The notes below the pieces were generated by a model. It was not told the origin of the DNA. It made no database searches and worked only from the letters and a program-made list of their open reading frames with translations. This document shows positions 34,389 through 43,324 of a DNA stretch of 46,654 nt, in pieces. The stretch is taken from IMG/VR virus record IMGVR_UViG_3300013936_000004; one strand, written 5' to 3'. The position numbers were made by a program, and so were the translations under genes. This stretch comes from a virus. Within the stretch, counting starts at the first letter, position 1. Every line of letters begins with the position of its first letter.

Positions 34389-34807
34389 ATCTTATATATT
34401 TCTCTGTTATTCAATCTGTTCTGTTCCCTCTTGTAGGCTTTAATTACATAGTCGGGAACACTATTCATAATTAATTCTGACTTGATTGGATGCGCTTCCT
34501 TTGCTGCTTGTAGCCACTCGTTGAAATTAAAGGATATTTTCAGTTTAAGTTTGGTGAGTTGCATAGATGCCTCCTCGTATGCCAATCTCGCATTTTCCTC
34601 GAATACAAGCACTTGCGCAGAATTGTATCTTATGCGGTCTTCTTTCTCGCTTTCTGACATCTCCTGCCAATAATCATATCCTACAAAATAAGCATACTTA
34701 TCTCGTAGTTCGTTATATAACCCAAGTCGCATCCCCAACTCGGTCATAGCATCGCCCACTGCCTTGCAGTCGACTACTATCAATCTTTGTTCTTCTGCTG
34801 TCATCAT
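34385..34807 (-). CDS. Hypothetical protein (140 aa)
   Basis: ATG ORF with ATGA overlaps at both ends. Confidence 0.5.
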   Translation of the reverse strand: MMTAEEQRLIVVDCKAVGDAMTELGMRLGLYNELRDKYAYFVGYDYWQEMSESEKEDRIRYNSAQVLVFEENARLAYEEASMQLTKLKLKISFNFNEWLQAAKEAHPIKSELIMNSVPDYVIKAYKREQNRLNNREIYKI

Positions 34808-35082
34808 TCATTGCATATATTATCCATCATCTTCTCCCCCTCTTTTTCGCCAAGTAGCATAAAAAACTCTACATCCTTTGTGTTTGTCCTTATGCGTATT
34901 GAACGAGAATGCGTCCCTCCAATAACCTCTAACTGCCCCACTCCGAACTCATGCGCCATATCTACAAGTCCACAAGAGTACACATACCAGTGTCGGCTAC
35001 ACTCATCTTCCGTGTCATGCACACCATTACATACTAATTCAGTGTGCCCTTTTTCTTCTTTAAAAATCCAATAATGTTTCAT
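34804..35082 (-). CDS. Hypothetical protein (92 aa)
   Basis: ATG ORF. Confidence 0.5.
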   Translation of the reverse strand: MKHYWIFKEEKGHTELVCNGVHDTEDECSRHWYVYSCGLVDMAHEFGVGQLEVIGGTHSRSIRIRTNTKDVEFFMLLGEKEGEKMMDNICNE

Positions 35083-35160
35083 TTTTTTTCTTTTTTTGAG
35101 TTGTCAAAGGTTTTTTGACAACTGGTTTTCTGTCGCTTTTGTTCGTGCTTTGCAGAGCCT

Positions 35161-35334
35161 TTATTCTTCGAACCAACACAAATCCTGCAAGTATTCCAAA
35201 TACTCTGGGTTGTGCTCCCATACTACACCCGTTCCACCGCAGAGGGTGCATTCTATATATTTGCCGTCCTCATCCTGCCCCTTATATCCCGTGCCCTTAC
35301 AGATAGGGCAATCAATATATAAATCCTCTTCCAT
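35161..35334 (-). CDS. DnaJ-type zinc-finger mini-protein (57 aa from ATG at 35334)
   Basis: Two CxxCxGxG motifs (CPICKGTG, CTLCGGTG). The ATG at 35334 gives a TAATG overlap with the upstream stop. Confidence 0.55.
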   Translation of the reverse strand: MEEDLYIDCPICKGTGYKGQDEDGKYIECTLCGGTGVVWEHNPEYLEYLQDLCWFEE

Positions 35335-35534
35335 TATTTTTTCCCAATTAATTTCCAACTCTCTTCGTCGAGTGGGATGCAACATCCGTCGAAACAGATA
35401 GTATTATCTATATCCCCTATTCGCCTTACTTCGTGGTAGATTGTCCCATTGCAATTCATCCTCTCGACATATATACCCGTTCCCCACATATCGTAGGTAG
35501 TGTTACGGCATACTACTATATCTCCTGCTTGCAT
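35334..35534 (-). CDS. Hypothetical protein (66 aa)
   Basis: ATG ORF. Confidence 0.45.
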   Translation of the reverse strand: MQAGDIVVCRNTTYDMWGTGIYVERMNCNGTIYHEVRRIGDIDNTICFDGCCIPLDEESWKLIGKK

Positions 35535-35755
35535 CTCTTAATCCTTTGTGCGACCTCCCAAGTGCCGCAGATTATATAATATACTACCATCGGTATCAAT
35601 ACGCAGATACCGGATATACGCAAATAGGACACGGGCACATCACACACAAATATGTGACATACTCCGCATCCTACTATTCCTAATACTCCTATTCCTTCGA
35701 GTACTACCATACTCCAGAATAGAACATTTAATAGAATTTCTTTAATCTTTTTCAT
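35516..35755 (-). CDS. Small membrane protein (79 aa from ATG at 35755)
   Basis: MKKIKEILLNVLFWSMVVLEGIGVLGIVGCGV..., with two or three hydrophobic segments. The track start lies inside the promoter. Confidence 0.5.
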   Translation of the reverse strand: MKKIKEILLNVLFWSMVVLEGIGVLGIVGCGVCHIFVCDVPVSYLRISGICVLIPMVVYYIICGTWEVAQRIKRCKQEI

Positions 35756-35778
35756 ACCTTTTATGTTTTTGTTTTTTG

Positions 35779-35810
35779 CAAAGGTAGGAATAAAATTCGG
35801 ATTGAGCAAA
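35779..35810 (-). promoter_or_regulatory. Bacteroidetes-type promoter
   Basis: The minus strand reads tttgctcaatccgaattttattcctacctttg: TTTG, a 20-nt spacer, then TACCTTTG. Confidence 0.55.
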
Positions 35811-35816
35811 TATTTT

Positions 35817-36302
35817 TTACCAATTTTTTAATCTTGCATATTCTGCAATAAGCAAACTATCTCTGTCTGAATGGTTTACATCGTTAAAAATCGGATACAA
35901 TCTATTGCCAATTTGTAGGCTCATTGACTTCAATTCGTCCTTTTCAGTCCCTCTGGGCAGAATTTCCTTCTGCCATTCCTTGCTATCGATATAGCGCAAA
36001 GGCAATCCCAATTCCTCTATCAATATCAGTTCCGCTTCGTGGCATCGCAATGCCACCGCACTCGCTATAAACCTCGTAGGATTGACCATTGGACGCTCCA
36101 TAACCACTAACACCTCCGCGCCTTTATAAGGCTCTAAAATCGCCTTTAAAGTGCCATAATCGAGCCGTGTTATCATCTTCTTTGCTTTCGTGTAGTCCTG
36201 CTCTTTTTTTACGGGTATCTTGCCAAAGGCTTTCTCCTGCTCGGATAGGATTGTATAAGTCCCCGTAACTCCGTTATCAATCCCGATGTAAGTCTTACTC
36301 AT
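35817..36302 (-). CDS. RuvC-like Holliday junction resolvase candidate (161 aa)
   Basis: N-terminal YIGIDNGVTG (catalytic Asp context), an internal VVMERP (Glu), and a C-terminal HSDRDSLLIAEY (Asp). Confidence 0.5.
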   Translation of the reverse strand: MSKTYIGIDNGVTGTYTILSEQEKAFGKIPVKKEQDYTKAKKMITRLDYGTLKAILEPYKGAEVLVVMERPMVNPTRFIASAVALRCHEAELILIEELGLPLRYIDSKEWQKEILPRGTEKDELKSMSLQIGNRLYPIFNDVNHSDRDSLLIAEYARLKNW

Positions 36303-36924
36303 CTTCTTCTCTATTTAGATATGTTACCACCTTGTTTGCAAGCGCAAAACAAGTATTTTTAAGTTTTTCCGCGTTATTGAGGTTACAGACAAAATCCACA
36401 TTCAAGTCCCTTTCATAACTATTCGCCATCTTAATCAAGCACTTACGCATATATTTGAGGTGCATATTCGTTTCCCCCTTTCTGTTAGGCAAATAGACAT
36501 AGAGGTTAGTCCACAACAACCCTGCAATCTGACATAGCAAGTCACATAGTAAGATGGATGCAAGCACATCCCTTGCGCTTTCTCCATAGGCATCTAATGC
36601 CGTGTAGAGTTCCATTTTGCACATCTCGATATAGTTATGCAATTCAGTCCCAAGATTGTCCATCTCGTCCATCATAAAATCCGCTTCGTCCATTGTAAGC
36701 GTGCGGAACAAGTCCGAATTAAACGCTTTATACTCTTTTGCAAAGTCGGTAAGATACTTCCGCGCTTCGTGCTTAAACTCCCTGTTTTTTATCTCCTTAC
36801 AATAGATTTGATATGCTATATCCATAAGGTAGTAAGGCGCAAGTAATGCAGTTGCATCCCCCTTTACCTCCATCTGCTTGTACTGTCGGAAGTACTTAAT
36901 CGCTATATCCTTGTATTGTTTCAT
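36295..36924 (-). CDS. Hypothetical protein (209 aa)
   Basis: ATG ORF coupled downstream of the helicase gene. Confidence 0.55.
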   Translation of the reverse strand: MKQYKDIAIKYFRQYKQMEVKGDATALLAPYYLMDIAYQIYCKEIKNREFKHEARKYLTDFAKEYKAFNSDLFRTLTMDEADFMMDEMDNLGTELHNYIEMCKMELYTALDAYGESARDVLASILLCDLLCQIAGLLWTNLYVYLPNRKGETNMHLKYMRKCLIKMANSYERDLNVDFVCNLNNAEKLKNTCFALANKVVTYLNREEDE

Positions 36925-38210
36925 ATTTCAACAAAATGTGTATAGTTTTCATTTCCCCTACATGCGATTTTCAGTCCTCCACCTGCTCCTGCTCTATTCT
37001 TCTGCAAGTACATATTAACCTCGTTAGTATTCTCGCCGAACTCGTTGCGTACCCTTTCAAGCATTATTACGATATCTGCATCCTGCTCGATTGAACCACT
37101 ATCCCGCAAGTCTTGTAGTTGTGGTGTTCTGTTAGCCGCATCGCGGTTCAACTGGCATAGTAACACGATAGGTATTTTTAAACTTTTGGCAAGTTTCTTC
37201 AATCGCTTCGTCATCTCCGTCACCTGCCTATATAGGTTCTTGTCGCTATCGCTTGTGCTCATCAGTTGCAGATAATCGATATAGACGATATCGCACCTCC
37301 CTTTGAGGGCGTTGAGCGTTATTGCAGTGCAGACATCATCCGCAGTTGCTTGCGCATCGTCAAACCACATCTTGCCGTTGTTGAGCATTTGCTTCGCCTT
37401 GTCGAAATTCTCCCAATCTACTTTGCCTGCTGCTATATCTCTTTTGTCAAGCAATCCCGTACTCGATAGCAACCTTTCCCCAAGTTCGATATTGGTCATC
37501 TCCAAAGACAAGATTAAAGCATTATAGCCGGCTATTGTCGCCGCTCTTGCCATCTGCATCATAAACATCGATTTTCCGACCGATGGGCGTGCCGCCAAGA
37601 CTACCAAGTTGCCTGCCGTAAATCCGCCGTAGGTAAACCAATTTAAAGTGCTAAAACCTGTTGTTATATGGGTTTCTGTTCCCTTGCTGACTTTCTCTGC
37701 TATCTCGTTAATCACCTCGCCTACACTTCGGGTTGTTTCGGAGTTCATATCTTGTTCGAGTGTGCGTGTCAGCGCAGTGGGCGCATCCATCACCTCCGAT
37801 AGTTGCGTGGCTTCATTGCTTGCTATTTGGAGGTTTCGTATGGCTTCAAAATATAACCTACGGCGTTGCATCACTACTTGCAGTGTGGTTATATGGCTTC
37901 GCACTTGCATATCTGTGCCATATCCGATTTGAGATGCAATTTGATTAAGGAAATAGGTCTTATCTACCCTTGCACATACGGATACCATATCGATAGTTTC
38001 GCGGGCATCGTACATTGCTCGTAATACTTTGTAGACTTCTTTCGCATCTCTGTCGTAGAATAGTCCCTCACATAGGATATTTAGGTTTTCGGGTATTAAT
38101 TCGGGACTTGTGATTAACTCGAATAATAGTTTCCTTTCGAGGTTCTCCTCGTAGGGAATAGGGAACTCTGCAAGTTGCAGAGGCTCTCTAAAATCTGTGT
38201 TTCTTTTCAT
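36921..38210 (-). CDS. dnaB: Replicative DNA helicase, DnaB family (429 aa)
   Basis: Walker A is ARPSVGKSMFMMQMA and Walker B is IVYIDYLQLM. SGSIEQDADIVIML is present. The N-terminal domain is typical of DnaB. Confidence 0.9.
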   Translation of the reverse strand: MKRNTDFREPLQLAEFPIPYEENLERKLLFELITSPELIPENLNILCEGLFYDRDAKEVYKVLRAMYDARETIDMVSVCARVDKTYFLNQIASQIGYGTDMQVRSHITTLQVVMQRRRLYFEAIRNLQIASNEATQLSEVMDAPTALTRTLEQDMNSETTRSVGEVINEIAEKVSKGTETHITTGFSTLNWFTYGGFTAGNLVVLAARPSVGKSMFMMQMARAATIAGYNALILSLEMTNIELGERLLSSTGLLDKRDIAAGKVDWENFDKAKQMLNNGKMWFDDAQATADDVCTAITLNALKGRCDIVYIDYLQLMSTSDSDKNLYRQVTEMTKRLKKLAKSLKIPIVLLCQLNRDAANRTPQLQDLRDSGSIEQDADIVIMLERVRNEFGENTNEVNMYLQKNRAGAGGGLKIACRGNENYTHFVEI

Positions 38211-39048
38211 ATTCTTCTATGTATTTTTTCGCATCCATTGTAGGCACTTCTGAATATTGCGCCTGTGGTTGTGTTTGGGGTTGTCTTGTATATCTTGCCT
38301 TACGTTCTTCATCGTTGCGCTTCCAAGTTTGCAGTCTTCTTTTTAGTTCCCATGTTTTTTCTTTCTCAAACCGCATTTTTTTACCGCCGAACTCTGTCCA
38401 GTAATCGCAGAATGCTCGTATCATTCTTTCTCCATATTCGGCTTCGTACATTTCGGCTTCCGCTCGGAACTTATCTTCGCGTTCTTCCCTTGTGAGAGAG
38501 GGGGGTGCTGGCGTTGTATGGGGGGAGAGAGTCACTTCGTGACTATTTTTGTTTTTAAGGTTGATACCTTCGGTTTTAGTACTACCCTTTACTACATTGG
38601 TAGGATTGGTCAGTGGGTAGTTTGAACTTTTTTCTTTGCTAAAACTATTTATAGTTTTAGTTTCTTTATTATCGTTATGTATATTATTTATATATATATC
38701 TTTATTATTGGGTGCAAATTCTGCACTACCCCCGTGCAAATTCTGCACTACCCCCGTGCTAATTTTTCCTTGATTGCAAGTATACCTTATTCGTTTAAAT
38801 TGCCCGTAGTCTTCTTCGCTTCTTATAAGATATTCTTCTCTTACTAAACTTTGCAAAGCATCTATTACTGCACGACGGCTATATCCTGTAAACTCTTCAA
38901 GATAAGAAATAGTACCATAAAAGGCACTATTGTTGTCTTGACAAAAGCCATAAATAATTGCGTACAATTCGAGTTGCAAGCCTTTCAACCCAAACATGCG
39001 CATCCAGCCGTGTACGACATAAAAATTGGTTTCTGTTATTTGTTTCAT
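38188..39048 (-). CDS. Replication initiator / helicase-loader-like protein (286 aa)
   Basis: N-terminal winged-helix-like region (LQLELYAIIYGF...ISYLEEFTGYSRRAVIDALQSLVREEYL). Positioned directly upstream of dnaB, overlapping it by 23 nt. Confidence 0.5.
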   Translation of the reverse strand: MKQITETNFYVVHGWMRMFGLKGLQLELYAIIYGFCQDNNSAFYGTISYLEEFTGYSRRAVIDALQSLVREEYLIRSEEDYGQFKRIRYTCNQGKISTGVVQNLHGGSAEFAPNNKDIYINNIHNDNKETKTINSFSKEKSSNYPLTNPTNVVKGSTKTEGINLKNKNSHEVTLSPHTTPAPPSLTREEREDKFRAEAEMYEAEYGERMIRAFCDYWTEFGGKKMRFEKEKTWELKRRLQTWKRNDEERKARYTRQPQTQPQAQYSEVPTMDAKKYIEEYEKKHRF

Positions 39049-39150
39049 TTTCTAAAAAAATATCCCATCTCTTTCAAAAGCAATCTGCAACTTGCTCCCT
39101 ACTCAAAATGGGATTTTAACTTTCTCAATCGTTGCTTGCAGTCAACAATA

Positions 39151-39182
39151 CAAAGGTAAAAATAAAATTCGATTTATGCAAA
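39151..39182 (-). promoter_or_regulatory. Bacteroidetes-type promoter upstream of the replication genes
   Basis: The minus strand reads tttgcataaatcgaattttatttttacctttg: TTTG, a 20-nt spacer, then TACCTTTG. Confidence 0.55.
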
Positions 39183-39710
39183 TTCAAACAACTGGTTTTC
39201 GCTATATCTGTCTTTTATTTTCGCAATCTCGGACAAAATGGCCTTAATTATTGCGCTATTGTTCGTCTGCTTGTATATCCCCTCATCGTCGTATTCTCCT
39301 TGTATTGGGGATAATCCCAATACCGCCTGTTCTATATCTACAAGTGCAGCATAGATAGCATCTCTTTCGTTATAGTACTTACCCTCATATCGTGCACCAC
39401 GGCAAAAGCCACTTCCACCGCATTTGCTTAAATCGTATGCAATCCCATAGTCCCACTTGCCCATAGGGTTCTCACAAGTAGATATTATTATTTTGCATCC
39501 CCTTACTTCGAGGTCTATTGGAGTGTTAGGTGTAAGGCATACATCGTTGATATTGTACTCATAGGTCTTATACCTAAAAACAACCTCATCTCTCTCATCT
39601 CTGCTATTGTAGTAATGGCTTTTGCAGTACTCCCACCATTCTTCTTGCGTAAACGCCTTGTTTAGGCACTTACACTCAAAAAATATATCTTTTTCCATCT
39701 TTCGTTCCAT
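39174..39710 (-). CDS. Hypothetical protein (178 aa)
   Basis: ATG ORF. Confidence 0.55.
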   Translation of the reverse strand: MERKMEKDIFFECKCLNKAFTQEEWWEYCKSHYYNSRDERDEVVFRYKTYEYNINDVCLTPNTPIDLEVRGCKIIISTCENPMGKWDYGIAYDLSKCGGSGFCRGARYEGKYYNERDAIYAALVDIEQAVLGLSPIQGEYDDEGIYKQTNNSAIIKAILSEIAKIKDRYSENQLFEFA

Positions 39711-39783
39711 TGTTCTATTCGTATTATGCCCTCAAACGGATTTTAAGGCACATAGGACGCGTTTATAATCTTTTTTGGTGTAA

Positions 39784-40149
39784 TTACTCGTCTTTGACTT
39801 TCATCGCGGTTTTAGACGGGTTTTTGAACTTCGGCAATTCTGCAAACATTTTTGCCTTTCCCTTGACCTCCTCTTCGCGATGCTCGTTACCCTTAATCCT
39901 AATCTTATTATTGTTCTTTAAGCGATACCACATAAAGAACTTTTGATGCTCATTAATCCAAAATTCTCGCTCTTCCTTACTTAACTCCCTAAAAGGGAAA
40001 GCATACAACATTGTATGCTCTCTCTTTATTCCTCTCAATAGGTTCTCACGGAACTTTGGGTTCTTTTGATATTGGCACAACAATTCACAGAACCTATCGT
40101 ACCATGGCTGACTTGCTATATATCTTGCTACATCTTCGTATGTTCTCAT
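39784..40149 (-). CDS. Hypothetical protein (121 aa)
   Basis: ATG ORF with an ATGA overlap to the upstream gene. Confidence 0.5.
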   Translation of the reverse strand: MRTYEDVARYIASQPWYDRFCELLCQYQKNPKFRENLLRGIKREHTMLYAFPFRELSKEEREFWINEHQKFFMWYRLKNNNKIRIKGNEHREEEVKGKAKMFAELPKFKNPSKTAMKVKDE

Positions 40150-40817
40150 TTGCCAATCATTTTAACTTCACTGACCATATTCACATTCCCCGTTGTTTCG
40201 TTAGGGATAAGACTGACAACAGGAAAGCGACTTGCTCTCGGATTGTCAGACTTTACAAAGGTAACATTTAAGTCGCAAAGAACGCCACTGATGTGCCCAT
40301 TCTGCTCTAACAAAGCATCGAAAGTATCTCTGATGTGTGGGATGCTACTCGCTACGGCTTTGGTCTCAAAAGTCCATACGCCGTAAATCTTATCCACCAT
40401 AGGCAACACTACATTGAGCGTCAGTGTTACCTGCCATCCTGTCTTACTCGGATACTTCTTCTCTATCTGCTCCATAAGGTTAGGCGTATCGTTAGTATTG
40501 CACTTAACCCTGCGTTGTGCTTTCTCGCTCCATACCCAAAATTCCTCTCCATCTCCCTCTGCTATCTTCTTACCTGCATTGTCCCTATATACATAGTTCT
40601 CCCTGCATACTTGTTCGGGGTCGTCACTCGGAAAGTACACAAGCAAAGTACTTGCATGCGGATACACCGCTTCAAAGAGTGGCGCATACTTACCCGTCGC
40701 CACAAAATAGTCTATACTCTGCGGAAAGCCCCTATCGCTCTTAATCCCGCACTTTATCTTACCTAATCGAGGAGGTAGCGGACTGACCGCTACTTCCCTT
40801 TTAATTCTTCCGTTCAT
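40146..40817 (-). CDS. Hypothetical protein (223 aa), possibly an ssDNA-binding/annealing partner of the adjacent nuclease
   Basis: Assigned only by its position immediately downstream of the PD-(D/E)XK nuclease. No motif recognised. Confidence 0.35.
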   Translation of the reverse strand: MNGRIKREVAVSPLPPRLGKIKCGIKSDRGFPQSIDYFVATGKYAPLFEAVYPHASTLLVYFPSDDPEQVCRENYVYRDNAGKKIAEGDGEEFWVWSEKAQRRVKCNTNDTPNLMEQIEKKYPSKTGWQVTLTLNVVLPMVDKIYGVWTFETKAVASSIPHIRDTFDALLEQNGHISGVLCDLNVTFVKSDNPRASRFPVVSLIPNETTGNVNMVSEVKMIGK

Positions 40818-40823
40818 AAACTA

Positions 40824-41900
40824 CTAAAATAGTGTATCGAAATCATCATCTAATGTCGTTTCATCTACTTCTTCTGCGTCTACCTCTGCCCTATGTTGCT
40901 TTACAAGGTCTGCAAGATTATAGACTTGTACATTGTTGCCTGCATCCGCTTTGAGGTCTATAACTCCACTGATGTTCACTATCTTCCTCTCTTTCTCTTC
41001 CTCACAAGCAAACAAAGCCAATATATAAGGCACTTTTGCTATTGCAGGGTTCTCCGTCTGCTCCTCGAAGTTGTAGGATGGTTGCTTCTTTGCAGTGCCC
41101 ATCCACTCCTTTGGTGCAATGTTAAATATCCTCTCAATTGGAGTGTCGGAGAAACTCTCATTCCACATTTGGCGATAGATGTCAAGTTGTTGCGCATAAC
41201 TATCGTAAAAACCCTTTTTACCGCTCTTAAAGTCGATTATAGCGTCGAGCCTTTGCCCGTACTTCGCTTTCGCTTGTGCGACCTTTTTAGCGTCCTCTCC
41301 TGCCTTTTCTACTGCTTCCCTTTCCTTGTCTATTGGATACTCTCGGATGTTCGCCACGAGGTCTATCATCCCTGCACATCCAAGTGTCGGACTGCATAGG
41401 GCAATCTCCACTGCGTATGGACGCACATCGTAATCCCTCATCCACTTTGCAAATGCTACAATATCTGCCTTTGCTTCCTCTATATGGCTCTCAACAAAGC
41501 CGTAAGGTAGTTTCTCCCTCTCTACATATTTGTCGAGTAAGTCCTTAATCTCATCAAGATTGAGGGTTTGAGCAATTATCAACTTCTCGATAAGAGAGTG
41601 TAGGAATGTACCATAGGATGCACGCTCGTTAGTGTAGTCCTCTGCGGCTTCCTTGCCAAGTCGCATCTTCCACTCTGTGAGTACCTTGTTTTCAGGTGCA
41701 CACTTGTGGAGAATAGTAGTGACAGACGGGAAGAACACGGGTTCTCCGTCTGCGTTGAAGAAGTAGTAGTACCTCTCGCCCTTTGAATTGAGTTGGTAGA
41801 GGTTATACGCTACCTCTTTGAGTTGTGTTGCGTTGAAGTACAACGCTTTCATCTGCTCGGCAGTCGTGCCGAAAGCAATTTGTAATTGACCTTTTTCCAT
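40824..41900 (-). CDS. PD-(D/E)XK (RecB/Cas4/YqaJ-like) nuclease (358 aa)
   Basis: GMIDLVANI ... AIIDFKSGKK ... YAQQLDIYRQMW matches the D...(D/E)xK...QxxxY pattern. Confidence 0.65.
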   Translation of the reverse strand: MEKGQLQIAFGTTAEQMKALYFNATQLKEVAYNLYQLNSKGERYYYFFNADGEPVFFPSVTTILHKCAPENKVLTEWKMRLGKEAAEDYTNERASYGTFLHSLIEKLIIAQTLNLDEIKDLLDKYVEREKLPYGFVESHIEEAKADIVAFAKWMRDYDVRPYAVEIALCSPTLGCAGMIDLVANIREYPIDKEREAVEKAGEDAKKVAQAKAKYGQRLDAIIDFKSGKKGFYDSYAQQLDIYRQMWNESFSDTPIERIFNIAPKEWMGTAKKQPSYNFEEQTENPAIAKVPYILALFACEEEKERKIVNISGVIDLKADAGNNVQVYNLADLVKQHRAEVDAEEVDETTLDDDFDTLF

Positions 41901-41905
41901 TATAA

Positions 41906-42166
41906 TTATTTTTTTGAAGTTTCTATTGGACGGATGCTAACTACTCTATCGTAATCAGAGTACCAAAATTCGCCCTTGTAGTTAGTACGAGGGATGAACC
42001 TATCCCCCTTAATCGTCATAAACTGACATTTGAGCGGATGCATACACTCTATAACACCGCCGTATGTGTTGTTTCCCCACGCACTCGGTGCTTTCCACTC
42101 GTATGCCGTTATCCCTTTTTTTGCAAGAGAAAGGACTAAACTCTTCGTCATAATTTGCCATTCCAT
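41906..42166 (-). CDS. Hypothetical protein (86 aa from ATG at 42166), first gene of the early operon
   Basis: The ATG is 25 nt downstream of the -7 box at 42191-42198. The longer track start lies in the promoter. Confidence 0.5.
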   Translation of the reverse strand: MEWQIMTKSLVLSLAKKGITAYEWKAPSAWGNNTYGGVIECMHPLKCQFMTIKGDRFIPRTNYKGEFWYSDYDRVVSIRPIETSKK

Positions 42167-42190
42167 AACTTTATATGTTTTTATTTTTTG

Positions 42191-42222
42191 CAAAGGTATG
42201 ACAAAAATTTGAATTATGCAAA
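42191..42222 (-). promoter_or_regulatory. Bacteroidetes-type promoter of the early (replication/recombination) operon
   Basis: The minus strand reads tttgcataattcaaatttttgtcatacctttg: TTTG, a 20-nt spacer, then TACCTTTG. It differs from P1 (21830) at a single base. Confidence 0.65.
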
Positions 42223-42228
42223 TAATTT

Positions 42229-42266
42229 AGAAAAAAAACCTCCCATCGTGTCGTGCCGATAGGAGG
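42229..42266 (-). terminator. Rho-independent terminator, probably the end of the late/lysis transcript
   Basis: 10-bp stem (one mismatch) CCTCCTATCG/CGATGGGAGG with an 8-nt loop, followed on the minus strand by TTTTTTTT. Confidence 0.7.
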
Positions 42267-42550
42267 AAAACATAAAACACTTATATATAAAGATTTTGGA
42301 AGAGCATTCACTGCTATTCTCAACAAAGATATAAAAAATAAAGCAAAGAGCATTCTCTGCTGTTTGCTTTTGTCAGTTAACACATTAATAATCCAATAAC
42401 CATTTGTATATGAATAGTCTTTTGCAAAGGTAATAAAAAACGGAAAAAGTTGCAAGCGAGGCGACTTTCTCCGTTATACCTTTATCATCTCGACAGAGGA
42501 TTTGAAGATGCGTTAAAAATTTGAATGTTATGAAAAAAATGTAATTCAAT

Positions 42551-43030
42551 TCAATTTGCTATTGCAAAGGTAAACAAATTATACGAAATTCCAATACCTA
42601 TGTAAGGTTTTATTTCACCACAATACCCAATTCCTACTTGTAAGCCTACCGACATTTTTGGTTTTTCAAACCTTGTAGTGGTTCGATAAATAGTTGTGGG
42701 ATACACTTCTATACTCTCTAATCGTGGCTCGTATCCACTGACTACTGCCTTGTAAGTAGTGTCAGCATAAATTTTTATTTCTCGTGGCAAAACTACATAG
42801 GTAGTGTCTTTCCGCACTATCGTATCTCTTACTGCTACCCACATAGTGTCCACTACTCTGTGCTCGATTTCTACGGGCTTGTAGAGGGTTATAGTATCTC
42901 GGACGATAGTTTCCTTTACTTCGGTCTTTATCTCCGTTTTAGGCGGTCTAAAATAGGCAAAGAGGGGCAATGCTACCACTGCCCCCAATACCATACCAAA
43001 GACTATGTTCTTTATTTCAGTAAAAGACAT
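42551..43030 (-). CDS. Membrane-anchored protein (159 aa), lysis-cassette member (spanin-like by position)
   Basis: N-terminal TM segment (IVFGMVLGAVVALPLFAYF) and a beta-rich C-terminus. Adjacent to the holin-like and endolysin genes. Confidence 0.45.
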   Translation of the reverse strand: MSFTEIKNIVFGMVLGAVVALPLFAYFRPPKTEIKTEVKETIVRDTITLYKPVEIEHRVVDTMWVAVRDTIVRKDTTYVVLPREIKIYADTTYKAVVSGYEPRLESIEVYPTTIYRTTTRFEKPKMSVGLQVGIGYCGEIKPYIGIGISYNLFTFAIAN

Positions 43031-43284
43031 ATTCCAATCGCTATAAGTATCCCCAAAGCATCAAAGATAGCATCGTGGATAGTTGCCTGCTTCGTCTGCT
43101 TCTTAAAGGCTACATCAGTGGCTTCCTTGAAGAAAGCACAACCAACGGCTACCATTGTCCCTGCAATAGGGAATACACTTGGGTCTGCCAATGCGAAAGT
43201 AACTACAATCGCATAACATACGAGGAAGTGAAGCAATCCATCGACTGCCATGTACTTCCAAATAAGGTTAAAAATCTTTTTCAT
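43012..43284 (-). CDS. Holin-like small membrane protein (90 aa)
   Basis: Three hydrophobic segments and a charged region. Located just downstream of the endolysin. Confidence 0.5.
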   Translation of the reverse strand: MKKIFNLIWKYMAVDGLLHFLVCYAIVVTFALADPSVFPIAGTMVAVGCAFFKEATDVAFKKQTKQATIHDAIFDALGILIAIGICLLLK

Positions 43285-43324
43285 ATTTGTATTGATTTTT
43301 TAATCCCACCGAATTCGGAGGGTT

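Noticed and set aside
35060-35251. 63-aa minus-strand ORF
   Set aside because: It spans an intercistronic hairpin and overlaps the zinc-finger mini-gene in another frame. It has a poly-Lys tail derived from a T-tract.
42171-42455. 94-aa minus-strand ORF
   Set aside because: Its ends translate two promoter -7 boxes (…FAK… from CCTTTGCAAA) and its middle includes a terminator hairpin. It is most likely non-coding.
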